A DNA stretch of 63,688 bases, filler included. It is 5 parts of 5 records of this genome, joined end to end, with 100 filler letters (N's around TTAATTAATTAA, not from the genome) between each part and the next. Parts side by side here need not be neighbours in the genome. Positions count along the whole stretch, not along the records: positions 19,686 to 48,576 come from SRR2962707_2013; 4 more parts are not named here. One strand, 5' to 3'. Under the pieces are notes generated by a model. It was not told where the DNA came from. It did no database searches and was given only the letters and a program-made list of their open reading frames with translations. Within the stretch, counting starts at the first letter, position 1; every line of letters begins with the position of its first letter. Positions 29,545 through 39,338 of the stretch are shown here, in pieces. The position numbers and the translations under genes are program-made.

Positions 29545-30591
29545 ATGAAGCGTTTTCTACTTGGCGCAACGGCATCTGCTTTTATCGTGATGACCGGCGC
29601 CGCACAGGCACAATCCTTGTTCGTGGGCGAAGCGGGCCCAAATCGCGGCGCACGCGCCGAGGCACTGCAATGGTTTACCGACAAGGCGGTAGAGCTTTCG
29701 GATGACCAGCTTGAAATGGACATCCAGTGGGGCGGGGCGCTGTTCAAGGCGAATGCCGCGCTGAACGCCATCGCGGACGGCGTCGCCGATATGGGTACGA
29801 TCATTGCGGTCTATTTCCCGCAAGAGATGGTTGCCTATGGTATCGCCGATCTGCCGATCCAGAACCCCGACGCCTGGGTAGGGATGAAGGCAACGGACGA
29901 ATTGATGCGCAACAACGACAGTATCAAGGCGAACCTTGCCGACATGAATCTTGTCTATCTGGGCACGTTTACCACCTCGGCCGTGCACATTGGCTGCAAC
30001 GGTGCCGCGATCCGCACGGTTGAGGATATCAGCGGTCTCAAGGTGCGGGGCGTTGGCGCTTATGGCGACACCTTCAAGGAATTCGGCGCGAACATGGTGC
30101 CGATGTCGATCTATGATGCCTATCAGGGGTTGGATACCGGGCTTATCGACTGTTCGCAGGGCTATTCCTACGCCATGGCCGCGCTCAAGCAGCAGGAAGT
30201 CATCGACAGCTATACGCTGCTGAATTGGGGGCAGGTCGGCGCGCTGGGTGTTTTCATGAATAAGGATTCGTTTGACGGGCTGGACGGCGGGACGCAGGAC
30301 GCGCTGTTGACCGCAGGCGAAGGCATGGCGGACAAGCTGGGCGAGCTGATCACGGCGGACAACGACAAGGCCATCGAAACGATGAAGGCGGCCGGAGTTG
30401 AGATCATCGAACTGCCCGACGAAGAGCGGATGAAATTGGTCGAGACGAGCAAGCAGTTCCTTGATCAGTGGGTCGACCGTACAGGTCAGGCGGGGCTGGA
30501 TGGTGCCGCGCTGCTGCAAGAGTACCGCAGGTTGATCGAAAAGTATCAGACCGTGCGCGACGAGCAAGGTTATCCTTGGGCGCGCGGCTGA
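29545..30591 (+). CDS. TRAP transporter substrate-binding protein (DctP family)
   Basis: Signal peptide, WGGALFK, IADGVADMG, DISGLKVRG and YQGLDTGLIDC. Followed by dctQ-like and dctM-like genes. Confidence 0.9.
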   Translation: MKRFLLGATASAFIVMTGAAQAQSLFVGEAGPNRGARAEALQWFTDKAVELSDDQLEMDIQWGGALFKANAALNAIADGVADMGTIIAVYFPQEMVAYGIADLPIQNPDAWVGMKATDELMRNNDSIKANLADMNLVYLGTFTTSAVHIGCNGAAIRTVEDISGLKVRGVGAYGDTFKEFGANMVPMSIYDAYQGLDTGLIDCSQGYSYAMAALKQQEVIDSYTLLNWGQVGALGVFMNKDSFDGLDGGTQDALLTAGEGMADKLGELITADNDKAIETMKAAGVEIIELPDEERMKLVETSKQFLDQWVDRTGQAGLDGAALLQEYRRLIEKYQTVRDEQGYPWARG

Positions 30592-30612
30592 TCTGAACGT
30601 CTGAACCGAACC

Positions 30613-30634
30613 GGGCCCGCTGTGGGGCGGGCCC
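30613..30634 (+). other. GC-rich intra-operon hairpin after the TRAP binding-protein gene
   Basis: GGGCCCGC-TGTGGG-GCGGGCCC, a perfect 8-bp stem. Confidence 0.7.
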
Positions 30635-30662
30635 ATCCTTTGCTCTTATCGCACTGTCAGAG

Positions 30663-31178
30663 GTGTTCATGTTACGACGCATCGAACGATTATTGCTTGA
30701 TCTTGCCGTGGTGGCGGTGATTGGGCTGTGTCTGCTGATCACGACGACGGTCTTGTTGCGGGTGTTCGCCAATTCAGGGGTGCCGGATGCTATTGTTATG
30801 GTGCGCGAGTTGATGGTCGCCGCGATTGTGCTGCCTTTGGCCGCCACCACGGCGCAGCGGGCGCACATTGCAGTGGAATTCATCGCCTGTCGCCTGCCAG
30901 ACACGGGTCAAAAGGCGCTGGTGGTGCTGGGATCGGTGTTCGGCCTGCTGGCGCTGGCGCCCCTGATCTATGCAGGCTGGCGTGAGGCCATGCATGCGAT
31001 GACCTCTGGCGGGTTCTTCTTTGGTGAACTCATGCTGCCAAAGTGGCCCGGGCGCGTGATCTTTCTGATTGGTATGTCGTTCTGCTGGCTGCGGCTCGCG
31101 TTGATGGTGGCGGCGGATTTGCGCGCGATGCGCCGTGGCATGCCACTGGCCGAAACAGGTTACGGAACAGAGGTTTAA
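30663..31178 (+). CDS. TRAP transporter small permease (DctQ family)
   Basis: Four TM segments and an HIAVEF motif, lying between dctP and dctM. Confidence 0.88.
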   Translation: MFMLRRIERLLLDLAVVAVIGLCLLITTTVLLRVFANSGVPDAIVMVRELMVAAIVLPLAATTAQRAHIAVEFIACRLPDTGQKALVVLGSVFGLLALAPLIYAGWREAMHAMTSGGFFFGELMLPKWPGRVIFLIGMSFCWLRLALMVAADLRAMRRGMPLAETGYGTEV

Positions 31179-31182
31179 CGCC

Positions 31183-32520
31183 ATGGATGGAACACTTGTC
31201 GGGTTGTGCGCCTTTGCCGCCGTGATCCTGTTGCTGGGCCTGCGTGTGCCAATTGCCTTTGCCCTGGCTGGTGTAGCGACGGTCGGCACCTTTGTGATGT
31301 TCGCCTTTCGCACTGGAGTCTTCATGCCAGACCGTGCGATGCGACCGACAACATCGCTGGTGTTTTCAAACTCTTTCGATCTGATCCATTCCTATGATCT
31401 GTCGATGATCCCGCTGTTCGTTGCCCTGGGTCATATCGCCTATCGTGCCGACATCACGACCAAGATCTATCACGCCGCCCGCGTCTGGCTGGCGCGCATT
31501 CCCGGCGGTGTGGCAATTGCCTCGGTCGTGGGCTGTGGCGGGTTTTCGGCGATCACAGGGTCCAGTATTGCCTGTGCATCGACCATGGGGCGGATCTGTT
31601 CGCCGGAAATGCTGCGCATGGGTTATGACAAACGGCTGGCCACGGCGTCGGTTGCGGCGGGGGGCACACTTGGGTCGCTGATCCCGCCATCGGTGCTGTT
31701 TATCATCTACGGGATCTTTACCGAAACCTCGATCTCTTCGCTCTTTCTGGCGGGAATCCTTCCGGGAATCCTGTCGCTACTGGGGTTCATTCTTGTCATC
31801 TACGTCTGGGTCCTGCGCGACCCATCGGCAGCGCCGCGATTCACGGGCATCATCACGACGCGCGAAAAATTCACCGCAGCACTTGAATCATGGCCCGCAG
31901 TTGCCCTGTTCACGATCATCGTGGGCGGCATCTATGGCGGGTTTTTCACCGCGACCGAGGCGGCGGCAATTTGTGTAACAGCCGCTATCGCCATTGGATT
32001 TGCGCAGGGCAAGCTTACAGTCAAAGCACTGATCGAGGCGCTGCGCGAAACCTGCGTTCAGACAACAGCGATATTCCTGATCGCGGCAGGGGCCAAGATT
32101 TTCGTCGCATTCATCGCTCTTACGGGGGTGGCGGGCGACATCGTGCAGGCAGTGACCGATGCGCAGCTGTCGCCGGTGATGCTGCTGACGGCCATTGCGG
32201 TGATCTACCTCTTACTGGGTATGTTTCTTGATCCTATTGGTATTATGGTGCTGACCCTGCCGTTGATGGTTCCGCTGGTGGAAACCTACGGCTTTGACCT
32301 GATCTGGTTCGGAGTGGTTGTGATCAAGCTGCTGGAAATCGGGTTGATCACGCCGCCGGTCGGGCTGAACGTCTTTGTCATTGCTGGGGTCGTGGGTAAG
32401 GACGTTCCAATCGAACAGATATTTGCCGGTATCCTGCGATTCCTGACGGTAGATGTGATCGTGCTGATTCTGATCATGGCATTTCCGATCATTTCCCTTT
32501 TGATCCCCGGATCGATGTAG
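31183..32520 (+). CDS. TRAP transporter large permease (DctM family)
   Basis: IPLFV, GGTLGSLIPPS, FTATEAAA and EIGLITPPVGLNVF. Confidence 0.93.
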   Translation: MDGTLVGLCAFAAVILLLGLRVPIAFALAGVATVGTFVMFAFRTGVFMPDRAMRPTTSLVFSNSFDLIHSYDLSMIPLFVALGHIAYRADITTKIYHAARVWLARIPGGVAIASVVGCGGFSAITGSSIACASTMGRICSPEMLRMGYDKRLATASVAAGGTLGSLIPPSVLFIIYGIFTETSISSLFLAGILPGILSLLGFILVIYVWVLRDPSAAPRFTGIITTREKFTAALESWPAVALFTIIVGGIYGGFFTATEAAAICVTAAIAIGFAQGKLTVKALIEALRETCVQTTAIFLIAAGAKIFVAFIALTGVAGDIVQAVTDAQLSPVMLLTAIAVIYLLLGMFLDPIGIMVLTLPLMVPLVETYGFDLIWFGVVVIKLLEIGLITPPVGLNVFVIAGVVGKDVPIEQIFAGILRFLTVDVIVLILIMAFPIISLLIPGSM

Positions 32521-32553
32521 AGCATGCCCGGAAAGCAAAAACAGGAGTTGCCG

Positions 32554-33360
32554 ATGAGCAAAGTGACAGAAACTGACCGCCGCTTTGCGACTACGCTGGC
32601 CCGGGGGCTGGCCGTTTTGCGCGCCTTTCGCCCGTCGGATGACGGCCTGGGCAATGCCGATATTTCGGAACGTACGGGCCTGCCGAAATCGACGGTGTCG
32701 CGCCTCACCTTCACCTTGCAGTCACTGGGATATCTGAACCACGCGCGCCGTCACGACCGCTATCGTCCGGGGCCGGCATTGCTTGCGCTTGGGAATGTTG
32801 CCGCCTCTTCGATTTCCTTTGTGGATCTGTCGGGTGCAATCATGCAGCGGCTGGCGGATGAAACCGGTACGCTTGCCCTGCTGCTGGTACGGGACCAGAA
32901 CCGGATGCTGATCGTCAAGACCTGGCGCCCGCGCAACGTGTCGTCCCTCTGGCTTGAGGTCGGGCACAGGCTGCCCTTCAATGGCTCATCCTCGGGGCAT
33001 GCATTGCTGTCGGCCCTGTCGGATGAGTTGTACGACAAGACCGTGACAGAGGCCGCTGGCGACCGTGGGTTGACGCCGGAACGGGCGGAGCAGATCCGCC
33101 ACGAAGGATATGCGCAGCTGTTGGTCAACGGGACAGTGATCGCAGATCCGACAGAATATTTTGCCGCCAATATTCACGCGGTCGCCAAGCCATTTCATTC
33201 GCGCGATCTGAGCGAACCCGTCGTCTTTACCTGCGGTGCGACGCCAGACGATCTGAGCCTTGAGCGGTTGCGCACCGAAGTCAGCCCGGCGTTGAACGAT
33301 GCGGTGCGGGAGATTGAGCGGATGATGGGGCAGGGATCGGCCATCACAATGCGTGGATGA
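32554..33360 (+). CDS. IclR family transcriptional regulator
   Basis: TLARGLAVLRAF...ISERTGLPKSTVSRLTFTL HTH and SSSGHALL effector-domain motif. CAGGAG RBS. Confidence 0.92.
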   Translation: MSKVTETDRRFATTLARGLAVLRAFRPSDDGLGNADISERTGLPKSTVSRLTFTLQSLGYLNHARRHDRYRPGPALLALGNVAASSISFVDLSGAIMQRLADETGTLALLLVRDQNRMLIVKTWRPRNVSSLWLEVGHRLPFNGSSSGHALLSALSDELYDKTVTEAAGDRGLTPERAEQIRHEGYAQLLVNGTVIADPTEYFAANIHAVAKPFHSRDLSEPVVFTCGATPDDLSLERLRTEVSPALNDAVREIERMMGQGSAITMRG

Positions 33361-33448
33361 ACGTCAATCTGGCCGCAATGCGGAATGTATAGCGGCATCT
33401 AGGAAAACACAGGTCGGAAATCCGGTCTGAGCTATGAAAAGGGGTCAC

Positions 33449-35536
33449 ATGAGACAACCCGTGACATATGAGCGAGAGGGCCGAATTGGCCTGATCCGTA
33501 TCGAAAATGGCCCTGTGAATGCGCTAGGTCAGGCTGTGCGCGCCGGGCTGGACGCCGCGATTGATGCGTTTGGCCAGGACGACGGGGCCGGGATTGCCAT
33601 GATCTATGGCGCAGGTCGACTGTTCATCGGCGGCGCGGATATTTCCGAATTCGGTAAACCGCCACTGGACCCCTGGTTGCCCGACGTGATCACCCGGATC
33701 GAAGCCTGCCCCAAGCCGATCATCGCCGCGATGCATGGCGCGGCATTGGGCGGCGGGCTGGAGGTTGCGCTGGGATGCCACTATCGACTGGCCATGCCGG
33801 GAACAAAACTGGGGCTGCCCGAGGTCACGCTGGGCATCCTGCCCGGGGCCGGCGGCACCCAGCGCACGCCTCGCCTGACGGGGATGTCAAAAGCAATGGA
33901 AATGGTATCCACAGGCGCGCCGGTCACGCCGGAAATGGCGCTAGACATCGGCCTGATCGACCGTATCGGAACTGGCGAACTGCTGGAAGATGCCAAGGCC
34001 TATGCCTCTGACTTGTTGGCGCTGGGTGCGCCGGTGCGGCCTGTTTCGGCCATGCCGCGCCCCGCAGCGGACGCCACAGCCAGCGCCGCGATCCGTGCGA
34101 CCCTTGCGAAAAAGGGTCGTGGCCTCGTGTCGCCTCTGGCCGCAGTCGAGGCGGTCGAGGCCACCTGCACCATGGACCTGCCCGAAGGGTTAGCGTTCGA
34201 ACGCGCCAAATTCCAAGAGATGATGCAGACGCCGCAACGCGAAGGTTTGATTCACGCCTTTTTCATCGAACGCAAAGTTGCACGCCTGCCCGAGATCGAT
34301 GGCATCGCGCCCAGACCACTGGCACAGATCGGCGTGATCGGGGGCGGTACCATGGGTGCGGGCATCGCCACCGCCGCGCTGTTGCGGGGATTGTCGGTGA
34401 CGTTGATCGAACGCGACGGGGCTGCCGCAGATAAGGCGCGTGTCACCATCACTGGAAACCTTGACGCAGCCATCAAGCGTGGCAAGCTGAGCGAGGCGGA
34501 TCGCGACACTATCTGTGGTCAGGCGCTGGCCACCGCGACGGATTACGGCGCACTGAAAGACGCTGATTTGGTGATCGAAGCCGTGTTCGAAGATATGGCC
34601 GTCAAAAAGGCCGTCTTTGCCGAACTCGACCGCGTCTGCAAACCCGGCGCGATAATGGCTACTAATACTTCGTACCTCGATATCAACGAAATTGCGGTCA
34701 GCATTTCGCGTCCCGCAGATTTCATCGGGCTGCACTTTTTCTCGCCCGCGCATGTGATGAAATTGCTTGAGGTGGTGGTGGCAGACGAAACCGCACCGGA
34801 TGTGACGGCGACCGCTTTTACCCTTGCAAAGAGACTGGGCAAGATCGCCGTGCGCGCGGGGGTCTGCGACGGTTTCATCGGCAACCGCATCCTGTCGCAT
34901 TACCGCGCAGCCGCCGACCGGATGGTGCTGGCCGGTGCCAGCCCGTTTGAGATTGACACAGCGCTGACCGATTTCGGTTTTGCAATGGGGCCTTATGCGG
35001 TTGCAGATCTCGCCGGGCTCAACATTGGTTACATGACCCGCCAGCGCAAGGCGGCGGACCGCGATCCGCAAGAGGTCGTGCCGGTCTGGGCGGACGAACT
35101 GTATCACCTTGGGCGTCTGGGTCAAAAAACCGGGCGCGGCTATTACATCTACGACGGGCGCGCCGGTACACCTGATCCCGAAGTCGCAGAGATCATTGGC
35201 AAGGCGCGGGCTGATGCCAGGATTACTCCGCGCACCTTTACCAAGGACGAGATCGTGCGCCGCTACATGGCCGCGATGGTGAACGAGGCGGCCCGCGTGG
35301 TCCAGGAGGGGATCGCACAACGCCCGCTTGACGTCGATGTGACGCTGCTCTCGGGCTATGGGTTTCCGCGTTATCGCGGCGGGCCGATGAAATGGGCGGA
35401 TATGCAAGGCCTGCAAACGGTGCTGGCCGACATCGAAACATTTGCCCAGGACGATCCTTACTTTTGGCAGGCGGCGCCGCTGCTGAAACGGCTGGTGGCA
35501 GACACCAAGACATTTGACAGCCTGAACGCAGGCTAA
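33449..35536 (+). CDS. Bifunctional enoyl-CoA hydratase / 3-hydroxyacyl-CoA dehydrogenase (PimF/FadB-like)
   Basis: [50 protein letters not shown] and GFIGNR. Confidence 0.93.
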   Translation: MRQPVTYEREGRIGLIRIENGPVNALGQAVRAGLDAAIDAFGQDDGAGIAMIYGAGRLFIGGADISEFGKPPLDPWLPDVITRIEACPKPIIAAMHGAALGGGLEVALGCHYRLAMPGTKLGLPEVTLGILPGAGGTQRTPRLTGMSKAMEMVSTGAPVTPEMALDIGLIDRIGTGELLEDAKAYASDLLALGAPVRPVSAMPRPAADATASAAIRATLAKKGRGLVSPLAAVEAVEATCTMDLPEGLAFERAKFQEMMQTPQREGLIHAFFIERKVARLPEIDGIAPRPLAQIGVIGGGTMGAGIATAALLRGLSVTLIERDGAAADKARVTITGNLDAAIKRGKLSEADRDTICGQALATATDYGALKDADLVIEAVFEDMAVKKAVFAELDRVCKPGAIMATNTSYLDINEIAVSISRPADFIGLHFFSPAHVMKLLEVVVADETAPDVTATAFTLAKRLGKIAVRAGVCDGFIGNRILSHYRAAADRMVLAGASPFEIDTALTDFGFAMGPYAVADLAGLNIGYMTRQRKAADRDPQEVVPVWADELYHLGRLGQKTGRGYYIYDGRAGTPDPEVAEIIGKARADARITPRTFTKDEIVRRYMAAMVNEAARVVQEGIAQRPLDVDVTLLSGYGFPRYRGGPMKWADMQGLQTVLADIETFAQDDPYFWQAAPLLKRLVADTKTFDSLNAG

Positions 35537-35546
35537 GGAGACACCG

Positions 35547-36722
35547 ATGAAAGATCCCGTAATCGTATCCGTCGCACGCACCCCCATCGGCAAGGCAGGT
35601 CGGGGCGCATTCAATATGACCCACGGCGCGGTCATTGCGGGCCACGCAGCGGCGCAGGCGGTGGCGCGCGCAGGCATCGACCCCACCCTGATCGAGGATA
35701 GCATCTGGGGCTGCGGCTATCCGGAATATGTGACCGGCGGCAATATCGCCCGCCAGGCGGTCATTCGCGCGGGCCTGCCAGTGTCAATTGCTGCTACAAC
35801 CGTGAACCGGTTCTGCGCCAGCGGGTTGCAGGCGGTTGCCATGGCGGGCCACATGATCGCCCAAGAAGGCGCCATAGCTGTGCTGGTCGGCGGGGTCGAA
35901 AGTATCTCGATGGTGCAGCCGCCGGTGCGCAATTCGCGCGAGACCTGGATCGAGGTGCACAAGCCCGACCTCTATATGGCGATGATCGACACGGCGGATA
36001 TCGTCGCAGAGCGCTATGGCATTTCGCGCGCCGCGCAGGATGCGCTGAGCCTGCAAAGCCAGCAGCGAACGGCCGCGGCGCAGGATGCCGGGCGTTTCGA
36101 TGCCGAAATCGCTCCGATCACTGTGACCAAGGCGGTCAAGGACAAGATCAGCGGCGAAGTGACCGAGGTTGAGGTGACGCTGGACAAGGATGAATGCAAC
36201 CGCCCGTCCACCACCCTGGAGGGGTTGCAGAAGCTTGAACCGGTCAAGGGGGCGGGCAAGTTCATCACCGCCGGCAATGCGTCGCAGCTATCTGACGGTG
36301 CGGCCGCGCTGATAATGATGGAGGCGGACGAGGCGGCAAAGGCCGGGCTGGAGCCGCTGGGCCGGTTTCGTGGCTTTTCGGTCGCGGGTTGTGAACCCGA
36401 CGAAATGGGGATCGGTCCAGTCTTTGCCATTCCGCGTCTTCTGGAACGTGCCGGCCTAAAGGTGGATGACATCGATCTTTGGGAGCTGAACGAAGCCTTT
36501 GCAAGCCAGGCGCTCTACTGCCGCGACTTCCTTGGCATCGACAACGACAAGTTGAATGTCGACGGCGGCTCGATCTCGGTTGGGCACCCGTTCGGGATGA
36601 CAGGGGCCCGGTTGACCGGGCACCTCCTGATCGAAGGCCAGCGGCGTGGCGCCAAGCTGGGCGTTGTGACCATGTGCATCGGCGGCGGGCAGGGTGCTGC
36701 CGGGCTGTTTGAAATCTTTTAA
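35547..36722 (+). CDS. Acetyl-CoA C-acyltransferase (thiolase, PimB-like)
   Basis: [20 protein letters not shown] and MCIGGGQG. Confidence 0.95.
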   Translation: MKDPVIVSVARTPIGKAGRGAFNMTHGAVIAGHAAAQAVARAGIDPTLIEDSIWGCGYPEYVTGGNIARQAVIRAGLPVSIAATTVNRFCASGLQAVAMAGHMIAQEGAIAVLVGGVESISMVQPPVRNSRETWIEVHKPDLYMAMIDTADIVAERYGISRAAQDALSLQSQQRTAAAQDAGRFDAEIAPITVTKAVKDKISGEVTEVEVTLDKDECNRPSTTLEGLQKLEPVKGAGKFITAGNASQLSDGAAALIMMEADEAAKAGLEPLGRFRGFSVAGCEPDEMGIGPVFAIPRLLERAGLKVDDIDLWELNEAFASQALYCRDFLGIDNDKLNVDGGSISVGHPFGMTGARLTGHLLIEGQRRGAKLGVVTMCIGGGQGAAGLFEIF

Positions 36723-36734
36723 GGGAGGCCAACC

Positions 36735-37931
36735 GTGGATTTGAATTATACGGACGAGCAGAAGGCCTTTCGCGCCGAGGTGCGGACCTTTCTGGACAGC
36801 AACCTGCCCGAACGTCTGTCCGCCAAGGTGGCGGGCGGCAAACGCCTGACCAAAGTGGATTACGAAGACTGGCACGCCATCCTGAACGCCCGGGGCTGGC
36901 TCGCGGGCAACTGGCCGCAGGAATATGGCGGCACCGGCTGGGATGCTGTGCGTCGGCATATATTCGAAGAGGAAACCACCGCTGCCCACGCCCCCAGGAT
37001 TGTTCCATTTGGCCTCGCCATGCTGGGGCCGGTGCTGCAGAAATTTGGCAATGACGCGCAAAAGGCACATTACCTGCCGCGCATCCTGAACGGTGACGAC
37101 TGGTGGTGTCAGGGCTATTCCGAACCGGGCGCTGGGTCGGATCTGGCAAGCGTCAAAACCTCGGCGGTGCGTGATGGCGACCACTATATCGTCAATGGGC
37201 AAAAGACATGGACCACGCTGGGCCAGTACGCAAACATGATCTTTTGCCTCGTGCGGACGTCGAAAGACGGCAAGCCGCAAGAGGGAATTTCCTTTCTGCT
37301 GATCGACATGGACACGCCGGGGATCGAGGTGCGCCCTATCGTCCTTCTGGACGGCGAACCTGAGGTGAACGAAGTCTTTTTTGACAACGTCAGGGTGCCT
37401 GTCGAAAACCTGGTCGGCGAGGAAAACAAGGGCTGGACCTATGCCAAGTACCTGCTGACCCACGAGCGGACCAACATTGCCGGCGTCGGGTTTGCCCGGG
37501 CGGGTCTGGCCAGCCTCAAACGGATCGCGGGGCTGGAGACGGACGGCGATCGGACCTTGATCCAAAATCCGCTGTTCGCTGCGAAAATTGCCCAGGTCGA
37601 GATTGATTTGATGGCCATGGCGACGACAAACATGCGCATCATAGCGGCTGCGGCGTCCGGTCAGGCACCCGGCGCAGAAAGCTCCATGCTCAAGATCAAG
37701 GGTACGCAGATCCGTCAGGAAATCAACGCGCTGACGCGTCAGGCCGTGGGCCCCTACGCGATGCCTTTTGTGTCCGATGCGCTGGACGAGGGATCGAACG
37801 TCGAACCTGTTGGACCGGCCTATGCGATGCCCGCGACACAGGCCTATTTCAACAATCGAAAGTTGTCGATCTACGGCGGATCCTCAGAGGTTCAGCGCAC
37901 GATCATCAGCAAAGCCATTCTGGAGCTTTGA
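36735..37931 (+). CDS. Acyl-CoA dehydrogenase, large subunit (PimC-like)
   Basis: WCQGYSEPGAGSDLAS, NGQKTWTT, GWTYAKYLLTHER and SIYGGSSEVQR. Confidence 0.92.
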   Translation: MDLNYTDEQKAFRAEVRTFLDSNLPERLSAKVAGGKRLTKVDYEDWHAILNARGWLAGNWPQEYGGTGWDAVRRHIFEEETTAAHAPRIVPFGLAMLGPVLQKFGNDAQKAHYLPRILNGDDWWCQGYSEPGAGSDLASVKTSAVRDGDHYIVNGQKTWTTLGQYANMIFCLVRTSKDGKPQEGISFLLIDMDTPGIEVRPIVLLDGEPEVNEVFFDNVRVPVENLVGEENKGWTYAKYLLTHERTNIAGVGFARAGLASLKRIAGLETDGDRTLIQNPLFAAKIAQVEIDLMAMATTNMRIIAAAASGQAPGAESSMLKIKGTQIRQEINALTRQAVGPYAMPFVSDALDEGSNVEPVGPAYAMPATQAYFNNRKLSIYGGSSEVQRTIISKAILEL

Positions 37932-37934
37932 GCC

Positions 37935-39053
37935 ATGAATTTTGACCTCACAGATGAACGCCAGATGCTTCAGGACGGGTTGCGGCGGTATCTGCGCAAT
38001 ACGGTGACGCCTGGCCTTTTGGCCACTGCGGCGGGATCGGCGACGGGTCAGTCCGACGTGCTTTGGACGGGTATGGTAGAGATGGGCGTTATCGGCGCGC
38101 TGTTTTCCGAGGCTCAGGGCGGCTTTGGCGGCAAAGGCTTTGATCTGGCCCTGGTGTTTGAGGAGATGGGGCGTGCTGGCGTCTTTGAACCACTGCTTGA
38201 AATGGGGATCATTTCGGGCGGTCTGCTGGCGGACTTTGGCGACGAAGGCACTGTCGATGCCATTATCGCAGGCAGCAACCGCGTGGCCTTTGCCCATGCC
38301 GAGCCTGCCGGACGCTATAATCTGAGCCATGTCGCGACGGCGGCCAAACGCACAGCGGATGGCTGGAGCCTGAACGGTCAGAAGAGCGTTGTCGTGGGGT
38401 TGCCGTTTGCAACCCATGTGCTCGTTTCGGCGCGTACGTCGGGCTCAGTGCGCGAAACATCAGGTATTTCGCTGTTCCTGCTGCCGGTCGAAGCTGTCAG
38501 TTTCTGCGACTATCCGCTGAATGGTGGCGGTCGTGCAGCAGAGGTGGCGCTGGCGAACGTCGCGGTGCCCAAAGAGGCGCTCATCGGCTCCGAAGGAGGT
38601 GCGTGGGAGGCTTTGGATCGTGCCCACGCGCGCGCGGTCGCCGCGATCTGTGCAGAGGCGCTGGGTTTGATGGAGAGTATTCGCGCGCTGACAACCGAAT
38701 ACCTTCAAACGCGCAAACAGTTCGGCAAACCCATTGGCAAATTTCAGGCACTCCAACACCGGATGGCTGATGTCCTGATCGAGATCGAGCAGGCGCGGTC
38801 GGCGGTTATCAACCTTGCCGGTCATCTTGAGGCTGATCGCGCGACGCGCGAACGCCATGTCAGCGCCACCAAGAACCTGATCGGGCGGGTCGGGCGCCTG
38901 GTCGTCGAGGAAAGCATACAGATGCATGGCGGCATCGGCATGACCGAGGAATATGCGCTCGCACATCTCGTCAAACGCCTGACGATGGTTGATCACCGAT
39001 TTGGCGATGCCGATTACCATCTGGAACGTTTTATCCGTCTGTCGGCCGCCTGA
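37935..39053 (+). CDS. Acyl-CoA dehydrogenase, small subunit (PimD-like)
   Basis: RKQFGKPIGKFQALQHRMAD, IQMHGGIGMTEE and FGDADYHL. Adjacent to the PimC-like gene, as expected for a heteromeric ACAD. Confidence 0.9.
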   Translation: MNFDLTDERQMLQDGLRRYLRNTVTPGLLATAAGSATGQSDVLWTGMVEMGVIGALFSEAQGGFGGKGFDLALVFEEMGRAGVFEPLLEMGIISGGLLADFGDEGTVDAIIAGSNRVAFAHAEPAGRYNLSHVATAAKRTADGWSLNGQKSVVVGLPFATHVLVSARTSGSVRETSGISLFLLPVEAVSFCDYPLNGGGRAAEVALANVAVPKEALIGSEGGAWEALDRAHARAVAAICAEALGLMESIRALTTEYLQTRKQFGKPIGKFQALQHRMADVLIEIEQARSAVINLAGHLEADRATRERHVSATKNLIGRVGRLVVEESIQMHGGIGMTEEYALAHLVKRLTMVDHRFGDADYHLERFIRLSAA

Positions 39054-39054
39054 G

Positions 39055-39338
39055 ATGGCGCTGATCGGAGCGAAAGCCGACTCTAAGCGGTCGCTGAGTT
39101 ATGTGCCTGAGGTGGGTCATTCGGACGGTCGCGCGCTGTGCTGGCTGGATGCGACCAAAACGCACCTGAAACGCCATCACTTGGCCCATGGCGGTATCCT
39201 GAGCCTGCGGCTGGGCGGCGTAATGGGCGCGACCGGCAGCAGGTCGGTATCGTCGCGCAGTTGGAAGCCAAAGCGGCGCGGGCACTGGCCCAACTGCGCC
39301 CCGCAGCTCAATCCAAATCACAGGGGGTCGCGCGATGA
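39055..39338 (+). pseudogene. Decayed PaaI-family thioesterase remnant
   Basis: Translation ...DGRALCWLDATKTHLKRHHLAHGGILSLRLGGVMGATGS resembles the PaaI N...HGG...D motif with N to K and D to G. Similarity then stops, and the frame runs on to 39384 into the ligase gene. Confidence 0.6.
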
